Below are positions 1 through 8,456 of a DNA stretch of 56,846 bases, piece after piece. The notes beneath the pieces were generated by a model. It had not been told where the DNA came from, searched no databases, and saw nothing but the letters and a program-made list of their open reading frames with translations. The translations under genes and the position numbers were made by a program. Each line of letters begins with the position of its first letter. The first letter of the stretch is position 1. Origin of the DNA: a virus; IMG/VR virus record IMGVR_UViG_3300045988_088058, positions 1-56,846 of that record; one strand, given 5' to 3'.

Positions 1-28
1 AAAAAAAAATAATCAGGAATTTTCCTGA
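1..28 (-). terminator. Rho-independent terminator after the YhhQ-like transporter gene
   Basis: Minus strand reads TCAGGAA-AA-TTCCTGA followed by TTATTTTTTTTT, directly after the stop codon at 29-31. Confidence 0.85.
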
Positions 29-55
29 CTACTTTTTCAAAAGTCTCGAAGCAAT
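1..55. repeat. 55-bp direct terminal repeat (copy 1), identical to 56792-56846
   Basis: Base-by-base identity of the first and last 55 bases; likely assembly overlap of a circular contig. Confidence 0.97.
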
Positions 56-562
56 TGATTGCAAAATGAACTGAACAAAAACTTGGCCTAAAACAGCTGA
101 AGGAATGTCTATATATGCAACTGTTCCAATTCCAAGAGGACTCAATCCTAACGCAATCCAAATAGTTGCATCTATAATAGAACCTATATTGCTTGATAAA
201 GCATTTGCAATCTTCGAGTCGTATTTATTAGACAATCTATTAAATATGAAGACGCTTGCCTTTTGGCCTATCCAAAATGCAACTCCAGAAGCCACGACAA
301 GCGATTGTGGCAGGCTTTGCATTAAGCAAATCAACGAAGTAAGGAATAACCCTACCCATATCAAAGAACCTGTAAATTTTGGCTTCTCGTACTTGCTTAT
401 TAAGTTTATAAGCAGGAAAGTGAATCCCATAAACCAACTGCTAGGAGGAATTAAAATTCCTTTCACATTTAAAGGCTCGAAGTAGATTGTCACAAGATTT
501 GCAATAACGACTAGAGCTATATATGCCACTGAATAAATTTTAGATTTCAATTTCTTCACCAT
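29..562 (-). CDS. Queuosine precursor transporter, YhhQ/VUT-like (COG1738-like) membrane protein
   Basis: 177 aa, multiple hydrophobic helices; motifs such as SNIGSIIDATIWIALG and GQVFVQFILQSIASRL; genome context with que genes. Confidence 0.7.
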   Translation of the reverse strand: MVKKLKSKIYSVAYIALVVIANLVTIYFEPLNVKGILIPPSSWFMGFTFLLINLISKYEKPKFTGSLIWVGLFLTSLICLMQSLPQSLVVASGVAFWIGQKASVFIFNRLSNKYDSKIANALSSNIGSIIDATIWIALGLSPLGIGTVAYIDIPSAVLGQVFVQFILQSIASRLLKK

Positions 563-2879
563 ACCATCTTTCTACTATACTAGGGTCACATTTCATTGGG
601 AGACTAATAATGTCCTTGGCTGCTTCAATCATAACTTCCGTCAAACGCTCTGCTCCCCGCTTCGCATTCTTAATAGGAACTTCACCTAATAACTCGTCAT
701 GTACTGGAATCATTAAGTGAAACCCTAATTCTTTGAGTTCTGGATCATTGTGTACCTTAATCATTGCATACTTAGTCATGTCAGCAGCAGTTCCTTGAAT
801 GACGGAGTTCAAACATTGACGCTGAGCATCTGCTATTTTTCCTCCATTGTCGCGAATAAGAATGCCTTCAGCTTTCGCCTCGTCCTTAATTTCCTGCTTC
901 TTCTTAAATCCCCAAGCTCTATCAAGCTGGGCCCAATATTTTTCAATAATATATTCAGGAACAGTATCATCCATCTGCTGGTCATTGTCAAAGTTAAATG
1001 GGTCAAAGTCTTCGTTCTTGCTAGCGTCAATATACTCGAACTCATATTCAGGCAAGCTCATGTCAGGAAGTCGTCTTCTTCGACCTGTCGCCGTTTGAAC
1101 ATATCCCACGTCTTGCGCCTGTTGCTGAACGAATATGATATAGTCAGCTACCTTAGGAAACTCACTAAAGAAATCTTCGATGACCTTATTCGCTTCCTTG
1201 ACAGAAACATTCATTTGCTCTGCAATTGAATTGGCTCCACGACCATACATAAGACCTAAAAGAACGGACTTGACTGAATTTCTTCGAAGCTTCCCTTGCT
1301 TGTTAGTTGTTCCGTCAGGATAGAATTCAAGACACTCTTCATAAGGAACTCCGTAAAGTTTCGAACCAATAACGGAGTAAAGGTCTAGGTTTTCTTCATA
1401 AGCATGACGCATACTCTCATCACCACTCAATTCGGCAAGTGAACGAGGTTCCTGTTGAGAGTAGTCACTACCAATGATATAGTGTCCAGGACTTGCGGCA
1501 AATATTTGTCGAACCACTGCTCCTTCACCTCGTGACGGAATATTCTGCAAGTTAGGACCTTCACTTGACATACGTCCAGTCTTGGCTCCATACTGCTTGA
1601 ATGTAGTGTGAATTCGATTATCAGGTTTTGCAAGGTGCCGGTCGAGAGTTGTATAGGTCGAAACTAATTTTGCATATTTTCTATATTTCAAGAGAGCTTT
1701 TGAAATGTCATTGTCGAAGTGCTCAATTATGCTTTCACCTGTTCCTCTAGGTTTATCCTTTTCAGGACTCTTCAATCCCATGATGTCATAAAATAGGATT
1801 GCTAATTGAGTAGGACTGGAAATACTTACCGTCACTCGACCTCTTGCGTCCATTTCGAGTTTTTGATAGTTTTGGAAATTAGTTTGTCGAAGTTCTTCGA
1901 TTTCAGGTTGCCACTCGCTGACAAGCTGTTGAAATTCCGTCTCAGCTTCGTTCATCTTAGTAGTAAACTGTTCCCTAATTTCATTCAACTTATTCTGGTC
2001 TAAATCAACTCCGTAGATTTCCATGTCGAAAAGAACTTTAATCAACGGCATTTCAATATTATGCAGAACCCAAGAAACTTTTTCTAAGTTATATTCTGAG
2101 CATTGTTCAGTTCCTGGAGTCAAGTATTGTTTTTGAAACTCATAAAGTTCGAAAGTTTGCAAAGGGTCATAGGCCGCATACATATATGCAACATCCGGAG
2201 GAATTAAACTAAAAGGAATGCCTTTGAACAAGTCATTGAATTTAGCAACCTCTGCGTTTTCTTCATTTCGAACATATTTAGAATGAAGACTTTTCAAGCT
2301 GTGAGACTCGTTTTCATTTAAAAGCATTGAGGCTAAATAAGTATCCCATTCAGGCTCACTCATCTTGACGCCAAGTCGCCAATAAATCGATTTCATATCA
2401 AATTTCGAGTTGTGGTAGATAATAGGAATTCCTGAATCTACAATTCGTTGAAGCATTTTCTTCATAAACTCAGGAGAAATTTGATTCTTAATTCGCATCT
2501 TCGTCATATTGCTAACATGATTGACAGGTGCATAAATTCCTTTTTGACTAGGCGAATAAAGGCATACTCCAGCAATCTCGTCGTGAATAGTATCAAGGCC
2601 GTCAGTTTCCACGTCAATAGAACCTATTCCATCTTCAATCATGTTTTGAACATACTGCTCAAACTGAGCTTCATCAGTAACTAGTCCCAGCCTATGAAGA
2701 ACATGTCCAAGAATACGGTTCGAAAGAGTACGAGCTCTAGCAACTGCGTCCTTTAGAGCATTACCTGAAATATAAGTCACTTCAACTGCAGGCTTCCTAT
2801 TTTTTCTTTGTGCAAGTAATTGAGCATCGTTTTTCTTACTTGAACGAGGCTTTGCACCAAAAAGTCCTTTTTGAGACAT
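540..2879 (-). CDS. polA: Family A (Pol I type) DNA polymerase with 3'-5' exonuclease domain
   Basis: SIDVETDGLDTIHDEI exonuclease motif; GRMSSEGPNLQNIPSRG, GSDYSQQEPRSLAELS, RRNSVKSVLLGLMYG, HDELLGEVP motifs. Confidence 0.95.
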   Translation of the reverse strand: MSQKGLFGAKPRSSKKNDAQLLAQRKNRKPAVEVTYISGNALKDAVARARTLSNRILGHVLHRLGLVTDEAQFEQYVQNMIEDGIGSIDVETDGLDTIHDEIAGVCLYSPSQKGIYAPVNHVSNMTKMRIKNQISPEFMKKMLQRIVDSGIPIIYHNSKFDMKSIYWRLGVKMSEPEWDTYLASMLLNENESHSLKSLHSKYVRNEENAEVAKFNDLFKGIPFSLIPPDVAYMYAAYDPLQTFELYEFQKQYLTPGTEQCSEYNLEKVSWVLHNIEMPLIKVLFDMEIYGVDLDQNKLNEIREQFTTKMNEAETEFQQLVSEWQPEIEELRQTNFQNYQKLEMDARGRVTVSISSPTQLAILFYDIMGLKSPEKDKPRGTGESIIEHFDNDISKALLKYRKYAKLVSTYTTLDRHLAKPDNRIHTTFKQYGAKTGRMSSEGPNLQNIPSRGEGAVVRQIFAASPGHYIIGSDYSQQEPRSLAELSGDESMRHAYEENLDLYSVIGSKLYGVPYEECLEFYPDGTTNKQGKLRRNSVKSVLLGLMYGRGANSIAEQMNVSVKEANKVIEDFFSEFPKVADYIIFVQQQAQDVGYVQTATGRRRRLPDMSLPEYEFEYIDASKNEDFDPFNFDNDQQMDDTVPEYIIEKYWAQLDRAWGFKKKQEIKDEAKAEGILIRDNGGKIADAQRQCLNSVIQGTAADMTKYAMIKVHNDPELKELGFHLMIPVHDELLGEVPIKNAKRGAERLTEVMIEAAKDIISLPMKCDPSIVERWYGEEIEI

Positions 2880-2930
2880 CTAAATTCCTTTCTTTCAAAT
2901 AGCTAATAAAAGAGGGCTTGCGCCCTCATG

Positions 2931-3659
2931 TTAGAATCCTCGACCTCGTGTAGGAGGAGTTCTTCGACTAACTGAAGGAGTTCTTTCAGCTGTTCGACCT
3001 TTTGAAGAATCTCGACCTGAACCACGTCTAGGAGCAGGAGCCGAACCTCTACGAGAATTAGAACGGCTTGAAGACTGCTCCTCCTGAAGAGTGAATCTCC
3101 CGTCAATTACATCGAACATTTGATCTTCGTCTAATTCTAAAATTAGAGTTCCAAGAAGTTCGCTCTTTTCAGGGAAATCATCGAGGGTAGCATTATCCTC
3201 TGGTCGCTCCGGAAGGAATTCGTAGGTAGTTCTTTGGTCACCTTTAGCCCCTGAACGAATGATTTCGAAAGGCTGAGTTACAAGGCTTCCATACTTATTG
3301 ATAAATGTAACAATTTTTTGAACATATGAACGACCGCGGTCCCATGTTTCAACTTTTCCGCTGTCATGGTTATACAGCTGAAGAAATAGTTTTTCAATAC
3401 GAGGGAACCCATTTTGGCACATTGGGCAACGATCGGGATTAACTGTCTCACCATCTTCTCCAATAGCGTTGCAATTAACATATCGTCGACGGCCATCAAT
3501 TTCTGCTTCATGCACCACAAAGTAGTCAACGTCTTCGCCCTCTGGGTCATCATATAAAAGAGTGACGATTGCGCTGTCACCGTGGTCAGCTAGTGTGAAA
3601 AATTCATTATTAGTTCCTGAACTAAATGAACCTGATTTTTGAATGGATACTCTTGCCAT
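2931..3659 (-). CDS. Single-stranded DNA-binding protein-like, with CxxC motif and Arg/Ser/Pro-rich tail
   Basis: Location next to the polymerase; DRCPMCQNGFPRIEKLFLQLYN motif as in phage T4 gp32/T7 gp2.5-like annotated proteins. Confidence 0.6.
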   Translation of the reverse strand: MARVSIQKSGSFSSGTNNEFFTLADHGDSAIVTLLYDDPEGEDVDYFVVHEAEIDGRRRYVNCNAIGEDGETVNPDRCPMCQNGFPRIEKLFLQLYNHDSGKVETWDRGRSYVQKIVTFINKYGSLVTQPFEIIRSGAKGDQRTTYEFLPERPEDNATLDDFPEKSELLGTLILELDEDQMFDVIDGRFTLQEEQSSSRSNSRRGSAPAPRRGSGRDSSKGRTAERTPSVSRRTPPTRGRGF

Positions 3660-3738
3660 ATCAATTCTCCTTTTAAGTTTTTAATGATTGAAAGATTTTT
3701 GAAGTTTTTAAGGTTTCAAGGTTTGTTCTTTCATATAT

Positions 3739-3768
3739 AATATACACGAAATTCGTGCAAATTGTAAA
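3739..3768 (-). promoter_or_regulatory. Class II promoter: TTTACA-N18-TATATT
   Basis: Minus TTTACA ATTTGCACGAATTTCGTG TATATT; shares 18-nt spacer ending in GTG with five other sites. Confidence 0.65.
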
Positions 3769-3772
3769 CCGA

Positions 3773-4387
3773 TTATATAAAATCTTTTAATTTATTTTTT
3801 AGCTTTTTCTTAGACTGGCTAATAGCTGCTCGGCTTACTCCAATTTCACGCGCAATTTCTGCGTCGCTGACGAGCGGTCCGTTTTGAAGTACGGACGAGA
3901 TATAAGCATATTCTGTACTAGATAACGTCATGAAATCGAGACTTGCTTCGATTTCAATTTTCCCATAATCTTCGCAGTACCCTACTGTTGACAGGATGCT
4001 GAAATCGTCATTTTCATCGCGAGAGGACTCGTTATCGAAAATGACTTCCAAATACCAGTTTCTGTTCAACGAAGGAGCATTTAGATACCTATACTCTAAT
4101 AGCACTCTATTTCGAAAAATCCTTGTAAGGTAGGTTGAGAACTTAGCGCCCTGCTCCGACTGGAACGTTGCAAGACACTTAGAGATAGTTTCGAATGCTA
4201 TGCTTTCTATATCATGTCGCGAAAGGCATTTAAACTTGCGCGCATAAGTATAGAGCATTCCGAAGTAACGCTGGTAGGTAGACGCAATTGACATGTCAGG
4301 GTCGATTTTATAGTTTTCGACACATTTGTCATCATTCCAGCATTCTCCGCCAACATAGCTGGAGACTAGTCCGTTGATTCTTTTCAT
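3773..4387 (-). CDS. RNA polymerase sigma-70 family-like factor
   Basis: Region 2-like FSTYLTRIFRNRVLLEYRYL and C-terminal HTH LVSDAEIAREIGVSRAAISQSKKKLKNKLK. Confidence 0.7.
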   Translation of the reverse strand: MKRINGLVSSYVGGECWNDDKCVENYKIDPDMSIASTYQRYFGMLYTYARKFKCLSRHDIESIAFETISKCLATFQSEQGAKFSTYLTRIFRNRVLLEYRYLNAPSLNRNWYLEVIFDNESSRDENDDFSILSTVGYCEDYGKIEIEASLDFMTLSSTEYAYISSVLQNGPLVSDAEIAREIGVSRAAISQSKKKLKNKLKDFI

Positions 4388-4419
4388 TTAATATGACCTC
4401 TTTTTAATTATGTAAGTTG

Positions 4420-4448
4420 ATTATACGATAATAAGTGAATTATTACAA
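4420..4448 (-). promoter_or_regulatory. Class I-like promoter: TTGTAA-N17-TATAAT, upstream of the sigma-like gene
   Basis: Minus TTGTAA TAATTCACTTATTATCG TATAAT; shares TTATCGTATAAT with the other class I sites. Confidence 0.65.
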
Positions 4449-5459
4449 GACTAAATTGTTAAAATCTATCAAATCCGGTCTGTCGTTGATGTCCCACTTA
4501 TTTTCGTAGAATTCATCAGGGTAGTTTAAGAATCGAACAACCTTACTTCGTTTTAACTGCTTGTAAAGTTTTTCCTGCGCTGTCTGTCCAGCGTTATCAG
4601 GGTCGAGAGCTAGAACGATATTTCTATAAGGAAGTCTTTTAAGCAAGTTGATTTGATTTCCTCCTCCTACTCCCATAAGAGCGACTGCAGGAATTTTCAT
4701 CGACCATAACGTCAAGCAGTTGATAACGGACTCTGTAACGAAAACTTGGTTGACAGGTTTTTCAAAATAGTCTCGAAATGCTACGAGTTCATATTGTCCG
4801 TAAAGAAAATCTGTTTTAGGATCGTCTTCGCCATACTGGTGAAATTTTGAACGAACACTCCGACGATTGAAAAATACGGTTTCGCCATTTAGGTTTCTTA
4901 CAGGAAACGTGATGCAGTCGTGAAGTTTGTCGTACCCTACATCAAACATTTCAATGAGCTCGTCAGTCAGTTTCCGCTCATACATATAAGGATGAATGAA
5001 CCTGTATTTATCAAGTTCTTCTTCAGGAATAATTGAATGCTGAATTTTTTTACTAGCTCCATTTCTACGAAAGGCTTCAGGACTAACTCCGCTCCTAACT
5101 ACTTCGCTAGATGTTCCAAAGTTCCTTTTCAGCCACTGGTTTCCATAAAAGCCTCCGTCCTTTCTGCCTAATACATTAGAAATGAACTCAGTTAGGCCTG
5201 AAGTATATCCGCAAGTGAAACAGTGAACCGTTCCAGCTTCAGTGACTTTACTTCCCGAATAGGAAGGATTTCTACTCATTCCGCAAGAAGGATGTTTTTC
5301 AACCCCGCCGGCATGAAATGGGCATGAAAATTGATAGTTGCTTCCAAGTGACTTAGTTCTTCTAAAAATGAATACTCCTTCATCTTCTAGCTGTCGAGAA
5401 AGTTTTTCGATTATTAGTTCAGGAGTGGCTTCAATTTGAAGACCATTTACCTTCATCAA
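4443..5459 (-). CDS. DNA primase (CHC2 zinc finger and TOPRIM)
   Basis: CPFHAGGVEKHPSCGMSRNPSY...VHCFTCGYTSG zinc finger; VFVTESVINCLTLWS and IVLALDPDNAGQ TOPRIM motifs. Confidence 0.92.
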   Translation of the reverse strand: MMKVNGLQIEATPELIIEKLSRQLEDEGVFIFRRTKSLGSNYQFSCPFHAGGVEKHPSCGMSRNPSYSGSKVTEAGTVHCFTCGYTSGLTEFISNVLGRKDGGFYGNQWLKRNFGTSSEVVRSGVSPEAFRRNGASKKIQHSIIPEEELDKYRFIHPYMYERKLTDELIEMFDVGYDKLHDCITFPVRNLNGETVFFNRRSVRSKFHQYGEDDPKTDFLYGQYELVAFRDYFEKPVNQVFVTESVINCLTLWSMKIPAVALMGVGGGNQINLLKRLPYRNIVLALDPDNAGQTAQEKLYKQLKRSKVVRFLNYPDEFYENKWDINDRPDLIDFNNLVL

Positions 5460-6787
5460 AATGCTTCAACTCCTTCCCGGGTTACTTTATTTCTAAGATT
5501 TGAAGTTGACCTAGATGCTTTTGCTTTCAGTGCAGAGCTTTGACCTGACTCACTTTCGCCCTCTTCTTTGAATCCAATAAGGGTATAAGTCCCAGTTTCA
5601 ACGTCCCACATGTATTCGATAATTTTTCGGTCTTCACCATATCGATTTTTAACTACTGACAATTCAAGTATGCCTGATTTCTCGTCACGCTTCATAGCGA
5701 TAACTCTACTAGCATTTTGACCTACTCCGTCACTTTCTGCTATATGTTCCAGTTCCATGCTTTCAGCGCCTTCAGTTTTAGCCGAACGTCCTGCTTGGAC
5801 ATTAAGCACAATAGGAATTCCATATTTAGCAGAAATCTTATATAGGTCCATGGTGATGTTGGCGTACTGAATACGCTTCTGCTCTCTGCTTGGGTACGAT
5901 TCACTCATAAGGGAAAGCTGGTCAATTCCTACCACGGATGGTTTATATTTAGATATCATGCTATCTAAAATTGCAGGAGTAAGATTCTTTCCGCCAATCA
6001 TGAAAGGCGTGACTACCACAAGGGAATTTTCAGCCTCAGTCATTGCTTGAATATGGTCCTCATATTTTTCGAACTGGTGTTCGTTCCATATTCCCTTGGT
6101 AATTGAATTGATGCTAACATTAGAAAGGATAGTATCAATACGAGCACCAACTTGCATTTCACTCATTTCTCCACTATATAGAAGAACATCATGTCCGTTC
6201 TTCCAAGCAGTTGCAAGCATTTTATCAATAGTCCAAGATTTCCCTTGTCCAGGTCGAGCCATTATGACAACCAAGTCCTCACCTGGAAGAAGACCACCTA
6301 ATACGTCATCCAGTAGTTCGAAACCTGTAGATATTCCAAGTCGTTCACCTTCGTGGTTTCTAATACTGTTTGCCCAGTCAAGTCGAAGATTTGCATTTCT
6401 TGCAATGTCGAGCCCGCCTATAAACTTAGAACGATTAAACAGCTCTTCAAGTTTAGGGATTATATTAGCAATTGCGACATTGCTATCCACTTGAATATCT
6501 TCAGCCGCTTCAGTTAAAATGGGCACCAGGGAATTATAAAGATGCTCCTCTTTTAGCTTGTCAATAAGATACTCATCAGTTTCGCCGATTTCAAAAAATT
6601 CAAATCCAGGAAAATGGTCTAAAATGGTTTCATCGTCCGGAACTCTTCCATAATTCGAAAAGTGACTTTGAATAAATATAAACTCGTCTAAATAATCAGT
6701 GAAGTAGTCTTGGTCAATTCCATTATTCTCTAAAATAGCTAGGCTCTTATCAACCAAGACTTTATTTAAGACTTGAAGTTGTATCAC
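5456..6787 (-). CDS. Replicative DNA helicase, DnaB-like
   Basis: LPGEDLVVIMARPGQGKSWTIDKML Walker A; VVGIDQLSLM Walker B; DnaB-like C-terminal domain. Confidence 0.93.
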   Translation of the reverse strand: MIQLQVLNKVLVDKSLAILENNGIDQDYFTDYLDEFIFIQSHFSNYGRVPDDETILDHFPGFEFFEIGETDEYLIDKLKEEHLYNSLVPILTEAAEDIQVDSNVAIANIIPKLEELFNRSKFIGGLDIARNANLRLDWANSIRNHEGERLGISTGFELLDDVLGGLLPGEDLVVIMARPGQGKSWTIDKMLATAWKNGHDVLLYSGEMSEMQVGARIDTILSNVSINSITKGIWNEHQFEKYEDHIQAMTEAENSLVVVTPFMIGGKNLTPAILDSMISKYKPSVVGIDQLSLMSESYPSREQKRIQYANITMDLYKISAKYGIPIVLNVQAGRSAKTEGAESMELEHIAESDGVGQNASRVIAMKRDEKSGILELSVVKNRYGEDRKIIEYMWDVETGTYTLIGFKEEGESESGQSSALKAKASRSTSNLRNKVTREGVEAF

Positions 6788-7065
6788 TCTTCCACCTCTT
6801 TCAATTTTCCTACATGCTGTCCCTTTTCATTATAAAGAGGACTTTCTTTAGCTCCAGGGGCGCTCCCTAGCCAAGCGCCTGAGCTGTCGACAGTTAAGTA
6901 AATAGCAGATTTCTGCTTCTGCTTATAACTTTCGATTATTTCATTTTGCTTTTTCCGTTCGTCATGTCGTCCTACACAATATGCACCTATGCAGCAAATA
7001 CATAGAAAAAGAACGCACCAGAGAAGAACATTCGTAACTCCACTATATCTATGATTCAATTTCAC
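6784..7065 (-). CDS. Small N-terminally anchored membrane protein, unknown function
   Basis: Open frame with hydrophobic segment NVLLWCVLFLCICCIGAYCV, overlapping neighbouring genes. Confidence 0.6.
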   Translation of the reverse strand: MKLNHRYSGVTNVLLWCVLFLCICCIGAYCVGRHDERKKQNEIIESYKQKQKSAIYLTVDSSGAWLGSAPGAKESPLYNEKGQHVGKLKEVEE

Positions 7066-7693
7066 TTACCTCCAATCCTCTTACATTGCTAGCCTCGAAC
7101 TCTAGGACTACTGAGGTATCGTAGATACGACTATAAAGCCTTTGGCCTAAAAGTTCAATAATTTCTTCATCTGTATAATTAGTCGTGTAGATAGTTGACA
7201 AGTTATTATCAACTCTATAATTGACAAGGTCATATAGATAAGGATATGACGCCTTTGTCAATGAGCCTCCGCCTATTTCGTCAATAACTAAAAGCTCGCA
7301 AGTTTTTAAGCGCTCAAACCGTTCGAGGAATTCTTGCATAGTTTGAAAATAATTGTAGTCGCCAAACTCAGTCAATAGTTGAGCCGACACTACGAACATT
7401 CCTTTTTCGACCATTCTTCCATCAAGAGCAGTTTCTGCTAAATAACGTTGCAATAATCGAACCGCCCAACTAGTTTTTCCATTTCCGACAGTAGTTGAAG
7501 CAATAACAATGCTAAGTCCATTTTCAACTTCTTCAACTATATTTGCTCGAACATCTTCAAGCCATTCCCAGCACTCTCTGTCAGCTTTTCTTTCGACTAA
7601 TATTTGAGGCTCGAAGTATTTTTTAGGTAGCCCACTTTTCTCGAAAAGGTCATTTAACTTTTTCTTCCATATTCTATCAGCTAAATTATTCAA
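7049..7693 (-). CDS. DnaC/DnaI-like helicase loader, AAA+ ATPase
   Basis: TTVGNGKTSWAVRLLQRY Walker A; CELLVIDEIGGG Walker B; adjacent to helicase. Confidence 0.85.
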   Translation of the reverse strand: MNNLADRIWKKKLNDLFEKSGLPKKYFEPQILVERKADRECWEWLEDVRANIVEEVENGLSIVIASTTVGNGKTSWAVRLLQRYLAETALDGRMVEKGMFVVSAQLLTEFGDYNYFQTMQEFLERFERLKTCELLVIDEIGGGSLTKASYPYLYDLVNYRVDNNLSTIYTTNYTDEEIIELLGQRLYSRIYDTSVVLEFEASNVRGLEVSEIES

Positions 7694-7792
7694 CTTTTCT
7701 CCTTTAATTTATTTTTCTGATAATTATTTACTAAATTTATAGTTCAGTAGTGTGATGCATATATACCGGCCCGAAAGATTCAAGAATAAATT

Positions 7793-7822
7793 ATTTTACA
7801 CGAGTTGAACTGATTTTGTTAA
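7793..7822 (-). promoter_or_regulatory. Class II promoter: TTAACA-N18-TAAAAT
   Basis: Minus TTAACA AAATCAGTTCAACTCGTG TAAAAT. Confidence 0.55.
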
Positions 7823-7856
7823 GCAACTTTTTAAAAATCTAAAAATAGTCTATAAA

Positions 7857-8336
7857 TTAGTAGAATCCCTCGAATTTTGAGCCTATTTTTCCTTCAAGTT
7901 CATCTAAAATCCAGGCTCTTTTAAAGGTCGAAACTGTAATAACTTTCTCAGTCAAGTTCAATCTTCTTCGAACCTTTTCATACTTGACAAAACTTTCAGC
8001 AAGAAATCGACATAATTCAATATTCGAGTCAAGGTTCAAGTATTGCTGAACCTTCTTCATAGTGGTCGAAAAGTTGAACCAGTTATAATCAATGCACTTA
8101 ATTTCGAAAATAAATTCATATTGAACTATAAAGAATGACGATACTTGTTTCATGTTCGGCTCAAAGAGTTTTCCATTAAGCGCTTCAACTATTTGAAAAT
8201 AGTCTTGCTCGATTTTAGATAGACCTGTTGACACATCCTTCCTAAATAGTGAAGAACGAGTTTTAGGTCTTTCTTTAAATGTCAACTGAATTTCATTTCT
8301 AGCACTTGACGAGCTTCCTATTCTTTGCCTTGCCAC
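7857..8336 (-). CDS. Hypothetical protein in replication region (GTG start)
   Basis: Long open frame; GTG start at 8334-8336 preceded by GGAGG. Confidence 0.8.
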   Translation of the reverse strand: MARQRIGSSSSARNEIQLTFKERPKTRSSLFRKDVSTGLSKIEQDYFQIVEALNGKLFEPNMKQVSSFFIVQYEFIFEIKCIDYNWFNFSTTMKKVQQYLNLDSNIELCRFLAESFVKYEKVRRRLNLTEKVITVSTFKRAWILDELEGKIGSKFEGFY

Positions 8337-8341
8337 TTATT

Positions 8342-8456
8342 GCCTCCTTATCGTATAATATTAAGCCTCTAAAATTAACGCAGACAGTGGTTGCCTGCGA
8401 GGGTGGTATAAAGAGACGCCTTTGGTCGTAGAACCGGCGCAGCTCCTAAAAGATCG
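8342..8456 (-). ncRNA. Candidate structured RNA element (cis leader or processed small RNA)
   Basis: Hairpin 8379-8399 (CGCAGGCA-ACCAC-UGUCUGCG) and bulged hairpin 8416-8440 (GCGCC GGUU CUAC GACC AAA GGCGU) on the minus strand; imperfect pairs are G-U on minus and A-C on plus. Confidence 0.45.

Noticed and set aside
1-55. Terminal repeat as a biological cos or direct terminal repeat
   Set aside because: Its length equals a common assembly k-mer and it runs through a terminator and gene end, favouring an assembly overlap.
8400-8420. GAGGGTGGTATAAAGAG on the plus strand resembling the T-box antiterminator word
   Set aside because: The expected ACCGCG continuation, specifier stem and terminator are missing, and the wobble pattern points to the minus strand.
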